A stretch of DNA of 64,000 nucleotides from Patescibacteria group bacterium (GCA_041671645.1 JBAZBD010000001.1:799234-863233), one strand, 5' to 3'. Positions 1 to 10,300 are shown, numbered from the stretch's first letter. The notes: generated by a model not told the origin, from the sequence alone. Program-made: numbers and translations.

Positions 1-13
1 GCTGTTTTTTTGA

Positions 14-41
14 TATAAAAATCCCCGCCGGAGAGGCGAGG
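14..41 (-). terminator. Rho-independent terminator (CCTCGCC-tctcc-GGCGGGG stem followed by a U-run on the minus strand). It is identical to the copy at 1788..1815.
   Basis: GC stem with one G-U pair, then ATTTTT on the minus strand, immediately downstream of the stop of the 56..1720 ORF. A 26-nt identical copy follows the next gene. Confidence 0.5.
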
Positions 42-55
42 AGAGGCAGGTAGTA

Positions 56-1720
56 TCAAACGCGTCTGGCGTTAAAACGCCATTGAATCATCAAGTGAAT
101 TCGCCTATAGAGTTTGATTGGCCGCTTGAGCGCCATTCTTAAATCATAGGGCAATTGTGAAAAAATGAGAATTTGCTTGCCACGATCACCAGCAGCGATA
201 ACAATTCTCTCAGCCCAGGCAGAGCCTAGACTTGGTGCATCGTCATGCCAACGAATTGACCCGGCTACCGAAAGGAGGAAAAAGTTTAGATCTAGCGATT
301 CTTTGCGGATACTTTCGAGCGCTTTCTTGGTCCTTTCAAAATCAAATTGAGTGATCGATCGCAAGATTATCCGCCATTTTTCCCTTGGCCAAGCATGCAA
401 TAGTTTGTGTAATTCTGAATCATTTTCGCAACGCAACAACGCTCCCGAAAAATCGAGTCGAAGTTCTCTTCTGATTCGACTGAGTGACTGAATCGCCTCC
501 TGACGGCCAAAAACTGTTTTTAATAGATTTCTGATCTTGTAGGTAGGCGGATTTTCGTTCAGAAAATCATTTGAAAAGAGCGGGTTCCTGGCCATACTGC
601 TGATCGCCAGGATTTCCATCGAGGAAAATCCCAGTTTGCGGAAATGCTCCTCAAGTATCTCCAGCACAGCTGGAAATATTTCAATATTGTGTTCTATCCA
701 AAGAATCCGCAGGATTTCTTTTCTGCGAGCTTCATCGCTAAACCAATAGCCCCAGCTTGTTGTAGCTTGGCCCCACCTCAGAAGAGCAAGATGGTTGAAA
801 TCTGAACGAGCGAAAGCGCTGACAACTTCATGCCGCCACAAGGGACGACGATGAAAATTCAGGGCGGACTCAAAAACCCATCCCAAAAACCGAGGTGTAA
901 CCTCAAACTCTTTGGCGTACCGAAGAATTTGAGTGATCTCGGCAATTGTCCCATAACGAGAACGAATTGGCTGAAGAGTAATCTCGGCAAATTCTGGTAC
1001 GGATAATCCGATAGACCGTACCAGGTCAATCGCCAATGATATCTCGGCCTCGTTCTCGGCAGAAGTATTTCGATAATAGTAGCCCGACCTAACAATATGC
1101 TTTAGAAAGGAGACAACTGTTTGGCCGCTAAAGCCTTCTGCATAAAATTGGTCGAAGAGAGATTTTGTTTTCTCATATCCCAAAGCCAGGGTTATGTAGC
1201 AGTATTCTCCCCTGCGATCGTTCCACGCCCTCTCAACATCCCAGTATTTTTGCAAAACCGGTGGTTCGGCAATATCGCTCGGCCTTGGCGCCAAAGCGAT
1301 CCCCCTTTCCATTTCATCTTCACGTTTTTGCTCTATAGCAATTATCAGCTTAGACAGAGGGACATGATGCCGAATGCAACTATGTGAGTAACGAAAATCT
1401 ATGGCTCGATGGACTAATTGACTTCGGCCGGTCGCAAGATACTCTGCGATATCGTCTCCATACCAAGTCAACCAAATATGTTCGTTGACGAGCTTGAGAA
1501 ACTCAACAAATATCGATTTACCATATTTGTTCTTGACTGTACTTAAGCTTTTTCTGGCCTCGTTGATGCCAGATTGCGATGGATGATAGTGGGAAACGAC
1601 ATACTCCACTACTTTATCAAAAATGTCATGCCATTCTGGAAGAAGGGCGGCGACGCCTTCAAACAGATTTTGGAATGCTTTTGTCCGAAGACAATCGTCT
1701 TTCCTGGGCATTGTGCTCAC
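56..1720 (-). CDS. Hypothetical soluble protein, 554 aa, of unknown family.
   Basis: Long ORF with no recognisable catalytic motif (no Walker A, no HExxH). It is flanked by identical terminators. Confidence 0.5.
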   Translation of the reverse strand: MSTMPRKDDCLRTKAFQNLFEGVAALLPEWHDIFDKVVEYVVSHYHPSQSGINEARKSLSTVKNKYGKSIFVEFLKLVNEHIWLTWYGDDIAEYLATGRSQLVHRAIDFRYSHSCIRHHVPLSKLIIAIEQKREDEMERGIALAPRPSDIAEPPVLQKYWDVERAWNDRRGEYCYITLALGYEKTKSLFDQFYAEGFSGQTVVSFLKHIVRSGYYYRNTSAENEAEISLAIDLVRSIGLSVPEFAEITLQPIRSRYGTIAEITQILRYAKEFEVTPRFLGWVFESALNFHRRPLWRHEVVSAFARSDFNHLALLRWGQATTSWGYWFSDEARRKEILRILWIEHNIEIFPAVLEILEEHFRKLGFSSMEILAISSMARNPLFSNDFLNENPPTYKIRNLLKTVFGRQEAIQSLSRIRRELRLDFSGALLRCENDSELHKLLHAWPREKWRIILRSITQFDFERTKKALESIRKESLDLNFFLLSVAGSIRWHDDAPSLGSAWAERIVIAAGDRGKQILIFSQLPYDLRMALKRPIKLYRRIHLMIQWRFNARRV

Positions 1721-1787
1721 CTCCTTCTAGATTTCAAAGTCATAATGGTGCTTATTACTTCATACCTTGTATCACGCTCAAAGTCAA

Positions 1788-1815
1788 AATAAAAATCCCC
1801 GCCGGAGAGGCGAGG
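1788..1815 (-). terminator. Rho-independent terminator, the second copy of the 26-nt element.
   Basis: Identical sequence ataaaaatccccgccggagaggcgagga, located downstream of the lipase-like gene stop at 1823. Confidence 0.5.
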
Positions 1816-1822
1816 ATTAGAA

Positions 1823-3607
1823 TTAGCGCTTGTGCAATCCGGAAAATTTAATAGCCGGATATGCGCCACGAGTTCTAGTTTTTGGGGCAGAAAATCCGAC
1901 ACCTGGAATTGTTAGAACAAGATGTCGATCTACCTTGAGATTATTTCCATGATCATCCTGGTAACAGGCGTTTATAATGAAAGTTCGGGCCTGCAGATTT
2001 GGGCTCAAATCAGAGATCATCAAACTTCCGTCACAGGAGGCCAGCAGGGAAATACCTAACTCTTCAGTATCGCCTGGAGCGATAGCGAAATCCATTTCTA
2101 CTGGAGCTGAAGGAAACACCTCATCCGCAGCTATGCTGGGGTCGTACCAGCTGAGGTAGAGCCAATCGCCCGAACCATCATATTGGTCGAAGGTAATGCT
2201 TTTAACCAGGAGTTCGGAATTACCTCTATTGTTCAAAGCAATCGTCCAATTCCACTCGGTATCTGTGGGAGAGGCTTCTATCCTGGAGCTGGGAGTGATG
2301 GTCAATCCAAGCTGGCCGGTAGCGATCGGCCTAGCGTAATTAAGTAACTCCTTAACGCCACCATCGGTGTCTATCAACCCGTCATGGTCATGGATAGTCG
2401 TGATTTTAGTGATAGTTCCAAGAGTCATCTGGCGCAGATCGGTATGATCGGCTAAAGCACTTGCGTTCCCGACTATTAAGTCACTCCATGCTGCACCGGC
2501 TACCAATATGTAATTTACGTTTCCAAGCTGGACATTGGGCAAACCGGAATTTAGTTGAGTGAGAAAACTGCTATTAGCTGCGATCTGAGCGGTTGAGTAA
2601 GTATCGAATGCCGGCAAATATAGACCAGCACGAGCATTTTCCGGTTTATTGAGATAATCGTCCCTAAGATATGACATGATATTCTCAACTCTTCCCAATA
2701 TTGAGCCTTCGTTCGCCCCACAAATCGAGACGAAGGAACGAACATTTTTGGTAGCCTTGCAATATTCCAGAGCATAACGAGAGACCAGCGCTCCCATCGA
2801 ATGAGCCCAAATGTCCATTCGCCGATTTTTGATAGCTAGTACCTTGATACTGTACCCCAGATACCCGCCAGAACTCTCGATGTAGTCGCACCAGCTGTAT
2901 TCGTAGGCATAAATGTTGGAATACCTCTTGCTCGCAATGACTGCCTCGATAAGTCGATCAAAGACGTGCCTGGTGGCATTCCAACCATGAACAAGTATCA
3001 GATCATGGCCATTGGTCATATCGGGATTGGTATAAACCTGGACAAGATCCATTTTCCTTTCTGGCTTGGCCCAGCCCAACTTGCCTATCACGCCTGTGAC
3101 CTTTTTACCAAAGGTCGAGAAGGCTACTCGGTCAATGACGACTTTGGCACCCCATTTGAGGTACTCTGCCGAAGTCGCAGGCAATTTGCTGATCATAGCC
3201 CATTTACCATCTGACAGTTTGGTAAAAAATCCGTAGATGGCAGTGACGGCAGATGTCCTGCCGCCGTAGAGAAGCACTTCCGATGGAAGGTCGATAACTA
3301 TATCATCGTTGACCTCGGCAGAAACTGTAATAGTAACTTCTGGCTCTGACCCCACAGATTTGAAATTAGAAATCGCCGGAGTGCTAGTAGGAGTAGCACA
3401 GTCAATACGCACAGACGTATCTGACAAGAAAGTACCAGCGGGAACAGTGACAGTAATGCCACCGATTGATTTAGAACTGTCGATTTCGGAGTCGGCAGTG
3501 ACCTGAATTTGGCCGGAAGTGCCCGGCTTTGTCAGGTTAGTGCTATTGTTGGTGCCGCAACCGGCGACCAGAGTGACAAGTAACAATACGAAAAAGCAAC
3601 GTAACAA
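1823..3607 (-). CDS. Secreted lipoprotein with an alpha/beta-hydrolase (lipase/esterase-like) core, 594 aa.
   Basis: Lipobox LVAGC at the N-terminus. LILVHGW and AHSMG (GxSxG-type nucleophile elbow) resemble the Bacillus LipA-type lipase fold. Extra N- and C-terminal beta-rich domains are present. Confidence 0.6.
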   Translation of the reverse strand: MLRCFFVLLLVTLVAGCGTNNSTNLTKPGTSGQIQVTADSEIDSSKSIGGITVTVPAGTFLSDTSVRIDCATPTSTPAISNFKSVGSEPEVTITVSAEVNDDIVIDLPSEVLLYGGRTSAVTAIYGFFTKLSDGKWAMISKLPATSAEYLKWGAKVVIDRVAFSTFGKKVTGVIGKLGWAKPERKMDLVQVYTNPDMTNGHDLILVHGWNATRHVFDRLIEAVIASKRYSNIYAYEYSWCDYIESSGGYLGYSIKVLAIKNRRMDIWAHSMGALVSRYALEYCKATKNVRSFVSICGANEGSILGRVENIMSYLRDDYLNKPENARAGLYLPAFDTYSTAQIAANSSFLTQLNSGLPNVQLGNVNYILVAGAAWSDLIVGNASALADHTDLRQMTLGTITKITTIHDHDGLIDTDGGVKELLNYARPIATGQLGLTITPSSRIEASPTDTEWNWTIALNNRGNSELLVKSITFDQYDGSGDWLYLSWYDPSIAADEVFPSAPVEMDFAIAPGDTEELGISLLASCDGSLMISDLSPNLQARTFIINACYQDDHGNNLKVDRHLVLTIPGVGFSAPKTRTRGAYPAIKFSGLHKR

Positions 3608-3687
3608 TTAGTACACCTCCAAAAAGAGATTTTCGTTGTCAAAGGACAACAATTAGTCTTATCTTAGAACAATAACTGGCTGATAGC

Positions 3688-3713
3688 AAACACCTCACAT
3701 ATGTGAGGTGTTT
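3688..3713. repeat. Palindromic hairpin element AAACACCTCACATATGTGAGGTGTTT, copy a of a terminator-like repeat family.
   Basis: Perfect 12-bp arms. It lies 8 nt downstream of the minus-strand VIT gene stop. Near-identical copies are at 33159..33184 and 62388..62413. Confidence 0.6.
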
Positions 3714-3720
3714 GGTTGCT

Positions 3721-4188
3721 TTAGAACGATGTTTTGATGAATTGACCGATAACGAATCCAATCACGATCACCACCATACCGATCAGGAGATGCTCAGAAA
3801 TCGTTTCCCATTTTTTATCTTTTGGCGCAATGATGTAGTTCAATAGACCAAGCAGTAATGTGCCCCAAGCAATACAGATGATGAGGGCAACCGTGGAGGA
3901 GAAAAAGGCCAGAGGGATTAGGAATGAGAGAGCGATCACTAACTTTGAGAAATAAGTGCTTAGGGTGGCTGTCCAAATTTCCTTCTTGGTGTGAGTTTCC
4001 TCAGATTCTTCAGAAATATGAATCCCCAAAGCGTCCGAAAAAGCATCGGCGAATGCAATAGTCAAAACGCCGCCGATTACGACCGCCCTAGTGGCATCGC
4101 TTGCAGTCAAGCCCACTATCAATCCGAGCGTTGTAATAATGCCAGAAGTAGCACCGAAGCTGAAACCGATTTTTGATGAGTGATCCAT
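3721..4188 (-). CDS. VIT1/CCC1-family (DUF125-like) small membrane protein, 155 aa.
   Basis: GFSFGATSGIITTLGLIVGL...AFADAFSDALG resembles the C-terminal half of VIT family proteins, with three or four TM helices. Confidence 0.45.
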   Translation of the reverse strand: MDHSSKIGFSFGATSGIITTLGLIVGLTASDATRAVVIGGVLTIAFADAFSDALGIHISEESEETHTKKEIWTATLSTYFSKLVIALSFLIPLAFFSSTVALIICIAWGTLLLGLLNYIIAPKDKKWETISEHLLIGMVVIVIGFVIGQFIKTSF

Positions 4189-4303
4189 GTGCCTCCCAAT
4201 AATTATGAGCTAACGTTTCCTATGATGTAATTGACTACGACAATCGCCCCGTAAAAAGGGGCGACAATTTGAGTATCCAAAATATAAAGTGCGAATAATT
4301 GTG

Positions 4304-4380
4304 ATGGTCGGGGATGCGAGACTCGAACTCACGACCTCTCGGTCCCAAACCGAGCGCTCTACCAACTGAGCCAATCCCCG
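4304..4380 (-). tRNA. tRNA-Pro (anticodon TGG).
   Basis: The reverse complement folds as a cloverleaf: acceptor CGGGGAT/ATCCCCG, anticodon loop TTTGGGA, T-loop TTCGAGT and an encoded CCA. Confidence 0.85.
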
Positions 4381-4389
4381 AACTAAATT

Positions 4390-4418
4390 ATCTTACATTA
4401 AATCAAGAATTTTTTCAA
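4390..4418 (-). promoter_or_regulatory. Putative sigma70-type promoter for tRNA-Pro (TTGAAA-N17-TAAGAT).
   Basis: Minus-strand sequence ttgaaaaaattcttgatttaatgtaagat, ending about 8 nt upstream of the tRNA 5' end. Confidence 0.3.
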
Positions 4419-4446
4419 TCTTTTCGCGATATTTCTTTGGTATGAA

Positions 4447-6402
4447 CTATTCATACCTCAAAGCTTCCATCGGCGAAAGCTTGCTCGCTCGTCTAGCCGG
4501 ATACACACCAGCCAATAATGAGACTAATGTTGTGACCACAATCATTTCTAAGGCAAAGAGCATTGGGGTAGCGAATATATTGAGACTGCCATCAATTGAG
4601 CTAACCTGCATTAAATAATTGATCAGAGCATTGATCGATTCCCCAAAAATCCAAGCGCCAACAACGCCAGCGATAGAACCAGTCAGACCGAAAAGTAAAA
4701 CTTCATACTCAAAAATCTTTTTGATGTCTCGGTTCGTGGCACCGATCGCCTTCATCGTACCGACCTCGTGTGTCCTCTCAAGCAACGAAATGGTCATGAT
4801 ATTGATAATTCCAATCAAGGCAACCATCAGAGCCACACCGCCGATAATACCTAAGATTATTTCTGTGATAAAAAAGATCTTGTCGACTTTCTTGATTAGA
4901 TCAACGACAGAGGTGGTCTGATAGCCAAGGTCGTCGATAGCATCCCTGGCGGCCTCCACATGCTTCCGATCGCTCACTTTCGCCTTGAGAGAGCTATATA
5001 TCGTGGTCTCATTGATCTTGGCCAATTCGTCGATAGGTAGGAATATCGCCGCGACAAGTTCATCATTGGAAACCCCGACGATTTTCTTTTTTGAGGTAGT
5101 TTCGTGAATGCTGGTCAAATCATTTGTATCCTTCGGCACGACCAAAAACGTAAGGTCCACCGTCTTGTTCAAAGCTGATGTCGGCTCCTTGATATCAAAA
5201 TTTTTGAGTGCTGCTTTGGATATCACTATCTCGTCATTTTCATCAAAACCTTCGCCTGCCACGGCGTACACTCCTTCAAAGGAGAGGGCTGACGCCTCGA
5301 GACCATAGGCGATGACCTGCTGAGCGCTGCTATCAATGGCGATTCTGGCAGTCGAAGTGATCGAAGGACTGACTAGGGTCACGTTTTGCACGTTTTTGAG
5401 CTCGAGGAGGGCGGTCTGATCCAGATGTTTAGTCGAATTTTTGTCGACATTTACATTTATCGTAACGAGAGAATCAAGAGAGGCAAGCTGATTTGAGGTA
5501 ATATTTTGCAAACCCATCCCCAAAGAAACGAGGGTGACGATAGACCCAACCCCCAAAGCTACGCCCAAGGCCGTCAGAAGTGTCCGCATCTTTTTGCTTA
5601 TGAAATGAAGTCGGGAAATCCGCAATATTTCCAGAAAACGAAGAGAGCCCCTCTTCTTTGGCACAAAATATTTCAAGCCATCATCTTCTAGATTATCGGG
5701 TGCAAGCACGCTTCGGGTCGCTTCGCTTTTGACAATCTTGCCATCCTTCATATGCAAAATTTTGTCACCGTAGTGAAGAAAATCCGGATTGTGAGTAACT
5801 AAAACGACCGTCCTGCCCCACTTCGTGCTGATGGTTTTGATCATTCTCATGATTTCAAGCCCCGTCGGCTCGTCCAAATTGCCGGTTGGCTCGTCCACTA
5901 GCAAAATCCAAGGATTGGCGACCAGTGCTCTAGCGATGGCGATCCTTTGTTGCTGTCCCCCAGAGAGTTCCACGGGCTTGTGATTCGCGCGGTCGCTCAA
6001 TTCCACCACAGAGAGCAATTCGCTCGCCCGTACATAAGCTTTTTTGCGGTCAACTCCAGAGAGAATCAGAGGCATTGCGATATTATCAATGGCAGAAAGA
6101 GTAGGAATTAAATTAAATTGCTGGAAAACCATCCCGATTTTGGTCCGACGATATTCCGCGAGTTCTGCCTCGGAAAGTGTGTAGATGTTTTGGTCATGCA
6201 CCCAAACTTGGCCGGCGGTCGGCTTGTCCAGTCCTCCCATCAAGCTAAGCAGGGTCGTCTTGCCGCAACCAGACGGACCGTAAATGACAACAAACTCTCC
6301 CGGCATGATATCAGTCTCAACACCCTTCAAGGCTTCAATATATTGATCTCCTACAAAAAAAGTCTTCTCGAGACCGGAAATTTTGATCACTGGTTTAGTC
6401 AT
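4447..6402 (-). CDS. Fused ABC transporter of MacB/FtsX type, with an N-terminal ATPase and a C-terminal 4-TM permease carrying a large extracytoplasmic domain.
   Basis: Walker A GPSGCGKTT, signature LSGGQQQR, Walker B LLVDEPTGNLD and a MacB-like permease topology. The start is trimmed to the ATG at 6402 (MTKPVIKISGLEK). Confidence 0.8.
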   Translation of the reverse strand: MTKPVIKISGLEKTFFVGDQYIEALKGVETDIMPGEFVVIYGPSGCGKTTLLSLMGGLDKPTAGQVWVHDQNIYTLSEAELAEYRRTKIGMVFQQFNLIPTLSAIDNIAMPLILSGVDRKKAYVRASELLSVVELSDRANHKPVELSGGQQQRIAIARALVANPWILLVDEPTGNLDEPTGLEIMRMIKTISTKWGRTVVLVTHNPDFLHYGDKILHMKDGKIVKSEATRSVLAPDNLEDDGLKYFVPKKRGSLRFLEILRISRLHFISKKMRTLLTALGVALGVGSIVTLVSLGMGLQNITSNQLASLDSLVTINVNVDKNSTKHLDQTALLELKNVQNVTLVSPSITSTARIAIDSSAQQVIAYGLEASALSFEGVYAVAGEGFDENDEIVISKAALKNFDIKEPTSALNKTVDLTFLVVPKDTNDLTSIHETTSKKKIVGVSNDELVAAIFLPIDELAKINETTIYSSLKAKVSDRKHVEAARDAIDDLGYQTTSVVDLIKKVDKIFFITEIILGIIGGVALMVALIGIINIMTISLLERTHEVGTMKAIGATNRDIKKIFEYEVLLFGLTGSIAGVVGAWIFGESINALINYLMQVSSIDGSLNIFATPMLFALEMIVVTTLVSLLAGVYPARRASKLSPMEALRYE

Positions 6403-6664
6403 CGTTTCTCTTCCTGGCCAAAATTTGTTTGAGTTGATCCTCGATGAGCAATAAATCATGCATTGACTCGAACACTGAGAAAGCAAGAGCGAAAACGGCG
6501 ATGGCCGATATCAGCAAACCAGCTATGACCAATATTTTCTTGAGCAGCGAGGCGTCAGGGAAATTAACCAACAGCGATATGACGAATATCAATATCAAGG
6601 CGGCGATAATAATGCCTATAATCAAGACGAGGTAAGAGCCAAATTTTATTAGAAATCTTTTCAT
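6395..6664 (-). CDS. Small two-TM membrane protein, 89 aa.
   Basis: Two hydrophobic helices. It overlaps the ABC transporter start by 8 nt and sits between the FN3 protein and the transporter. Confidence 0.4.
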   Translation of the reverse strand: MKRFLIKFGSYLVLIIGIIIAALILIFVISLLVNFPDASLLKKILVIAGLLISAIAVFALAFSVFESMHDLLLIEDQLKQILARKRNDD

Positions 6665-6666
6665 AA

Positions 6667-7386
6667 TTAGCTATTAAACCATTTCGCAAAGCCCTCAAAG
6701 GCACGCGACAACGCATCGATAATCACTTGGAAAATCGAAAGATCTTTGGCTGGATTTTTGGTCACAAACATCTGATCATCTGACTCGGCAGAATCAGTCG
6801 CGCCCTTGTTCACCGCCTTGATCTTCAGATGATATGTAGTAGCTGGTTTGAGTTTGTCCAGAATAATGGTATGACTCTGGTTTAGGCTCTCCTCTACCGC
6901 GGTCTCTGAGCCATATGATAGAGTTTCGCCATAAAACACCTGGCCGGTCGAGAGTATTTCTGTCTTGAAGGTCACAATCGCTTGAGATTCCGTCTTGCTA
7001 GTCGCGCCAGCTTCGATTTTGATTGCGGTGACTAAAGGCCTCCCAATCACGTCAATCGCCGAGGCGGAAGTAAACGAAATATTTGTGTTTGACACACGAT
7101 AAATATACGCGGCCAATGCAGTCACGTTTGAATCCATGTAGAAATTCAAATCGGTTTGGCCAAGCGTTGAATATGTTTTGCCTCCGTCCCCGCTCCTCTC
7201 GACGGTGACTGTGCCCTTGCCTTTCGGCCACGACAGAGCAAAGCCCGCCGTGTCCTTGGTCGAAATATTCGAAACTGTCAATCTGTCTTCAGCCGAAACT
7301 AATCCGATCTGGAAGAGGCTTATCAGTGCAGCAAGACCCAGGGCGACTAACCATTTTTTCTTGTTTAGAAACATATCTTTTTCCAT
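6667..7386 (-). CDS. Secreted protein with two FN3-like domains, 239 aa.
   Basis: Signal peptide (LVALGLAALISLFQIGLVSA) followed by FN3-like beta-sandwich sequence. It lies 3 nt downstream of the giant gene. Confidence 0.55.
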   Translation of the reverse strand: MEKDMFLNKKKWLVALGLAALISLFQIGLVSAEDRLTVSNISTKDTAGFALSWPKGKGTVTVERSGDGGKTYSTLGQTDLNFYMDSNVTALAAYIYRVSNTNISFTSASAIDVIGRPLVTAIKIEAGATSKTESQAIVTFKTEILSTGQVFYGETLSYGSETAVEESLNQSHTIILDKLKPATTYHLKIKAVNKGATDSAESDDQMFVTKNPAKDLSIFQVIIDALSRAFEGFAKWFNS

Positions 7387-7389
7387 TTG

Positions 7390-10300
7390 TTATTTATCGC
7401 GATCGATCTCTATCTTCCTTGAAACAGTTTGGAGCTTCTCCTGGGCATCCATATGCGTAGCGTCAGAAGGTTTGTATCCAGCTTTGGCAACCAGGAGTTT
7501 GTATTTGCCCTTTGGCAGGACGGTTGAGAATTTGCCCTTTTCGTTTGTGACTGCTGTTCGAATTAATCTTTTGCCTTCGCCGTCCATGATTCTGACTAAT
7601 GCCAATGAAACTCCCGAGTGATTGACGCTATCTAGGACATTGCCCCAAGGTGAGACTTTGACGAAAGACTTGATGTTGACGTACCAAAGCAGTGGGAAGA
7701 GCAGAGCTGAGACCAGGGTGACCGTGTCACGGTGACTGTGAGCCAAGCTATTCAGGATAGAGACGGTGCCAAAAATCAGGAAGCCGAGGGAAACGTAGAC
7801 CAATACTTTTTCGACAACCCCGATTTTCTCGATAAATGAAAATCTCTTGGCGATGCTCTTGTCGTTCATCGAAAGCAAAATATTTGGTACGATCAGTCCT
7901 TCTTGCTCGCTCTTAACCTCGATGATCTGACCCTTTTTGTAGAAACCTGGGGCTTCAGAAACTTCATATAGATCTTTGGTCACCTCAATCTCATATTTGC
8001 CTGGATCAGCGACAAAGCTGAAGTTGCCTTCGATATCAGAATATGTATTGGCTACCGGCCTCTTTGAGAACGAGCCAGGGAAAGTTTGAGTTAATTTGAA
8101 GAGCGTCAGTTTGGCTTGAGCGATTGGGATATAAGTGCCAACCTCAAGTACTCGGCCCCACTTGCGACGGCTTTTCTTGGTGCCGAGAGAGGCAAGGGCG
8201 AAGATCAAAGAGCGAATGTATTCAGGAAGTGAGAATAGAGTGGCGGCATTGGCCAGTGGAGCGGCGGCGGCAGAGATAATCGCTATGCCAGCGACAGCAG
8301 CGGTGCTGGCTGGAGTAGTTGTCGATGTTGGTATGCCAAAGACTACGGGTTGGCCTGAATTGTTGACGCCCACGATTTGCATCTGACCAATAATATCGCG
8401 AACTTTCATGGCTGTGCCAGAGAGATTGGAGATAACAGTATCTAGGACCGATTGCTCCTTGAAAATATCCTTGGTGGCGAAAGTAAAGTCTGTCGATTCG
8501 GCAGTTTGGCCATATTTATCTTTGGAAATGACAGCGAAATGGTAAGTTTTGTTGAAGTCCAAATCGGACAAAACAACTGTATGGAAAGAGTTGAGCCCAG
8601 TATCAACCTCGGTCGTGTAAGGGTATGGAGCAGAAGCGCCATATTTGACTTGAGTGGTGGCTGGAACGGTAGTTTTCCAAGTGATGGTGGCTTGAGCCTT
8701 CTCTGACATCAACTCGCTAGGAGTTGCCTTCACGTCTGATATCTCCAAAGTGCCCTCGCCTGGCTCATCTGGCGGCAGGATAACACAGCCAGAACAATCT
8801 ACAACCGTAGTTGTCTGGAACTCAGCTGCCATACTAGCTGTCTGGTTCTTGGCTAGATCAAAAGAGAATACGGAGTAGTTGAATTGGGTATTTGGCGTGA
8901 CTGTGTCGACATAAGAAGCGTAGCCAGAAGCGTCGACCTGGACGCCAGAGGTTGATTCAGAAATTATATTGTTGCCGTTTTTGACGATAGTGTAGCCGAG
9001 CAACCCAGAGCCAGTGTCAGTACTGGCCTTCCAGCGAAGCATCACTCGGTAGTCAGAGTTGACCCGATCAGAGATGTCGAAAGCTTCTACCTTTTCTAAT
9101 GATGATGGGAGGACCGTATCTAAGATGAAGGTAAGTTCCTCTGACCAAGCGAACTGATTGCCTAGATTATCGTTTGCGGCCACTCTGACGTAGTAAGTGC
9201 CGTCGGCCAGAGCACTGGCACCATCCAAGGTCAGAGAATTTGAAGGAGAAGTCAGCGTAGAGAGAGACAGAGCGTCATTTGCGTTGGCGCAGCCAGAAGT
9301 CTTGCAGATCTTGATACTGTAATTTAAAATTCCTGAATTTGTATCTGTTGCGGCTGGCCAAGTCAAAGTGACGGCTGGCTGATTGTAATATTCAATGTTG
9401 TCGATAGTGTTGGTCTTACCAGATACCGTTGGCTTGCCAGGAGCTGTTGGCTTGTCGCTGTCTGGCTTGCCAGAAGCTTGATTGGAGGCGGCTGAATAGT
9501 TGTCGACGCTATCGATAGCTTCAACTTTGTAATAGTATGTGACACCGCTTGTGACGTTGCTATCAATGTAAGTGGCAGTCGAAGATAGAGTCGTATAAGC
9601 GATCTTGTTCGTACCGATATTTGGTGTGAAATCGGCCTCGGTGGAACGGAAGATAGCGACATTGGCGAAGTCTGTGTCGGTCGGATTGACCCAAGAGAGC
9701 GAAACAGAAGCGCTAGCAGAGAGAGCGGTCAGATTCGTCGGTGCGGATGGCGCTGTGATATCTAGGATAATTGATGCCGAAGCAGTCGGCGACTCATCAC
9801 CATCGATATCTTTGACTTTCAGGTAAACCGTCTTCATCCCGTCAACAGTAGGAGCGGCCAAAGTCCATGACTTGCTGGTTGAGAATGTTTCATACTCGCT
9901 GCCAGAGAAATCAGGAGAATTTGAGACCTTCATTTGTGTGCCAGTGCTAGAAGAAAGCGTAAGTGTTTGATCTATTTGATTTGTCCTAGCCGAAGAGAAT
10001 GAGATCGTGCCAGTCGGCGGGAACCATTTGTTGGTATTGCCGAGATTGATCGAATTTGAAGGATCGATGACCGCACTGCTTAGATTCTTGGAGTTTTCGA
10101 CAGAAAGATAGGAAGTAGAGGTCGAGCCCTTTGGATCAATCTTCCATTGATCTGTACCTGTGCCGCCAGATCTACTGAGCGTGATATTTCCAGCAGAAGT
10201 TCCGTTCAAGCTTAATGCACCGTTGACCGTCTGAGTCGTATCAGAAGCGAAACTAATTGTTCGAGCCGCAGACGCTGTGGCAGATAGATTATTGAAAGTG

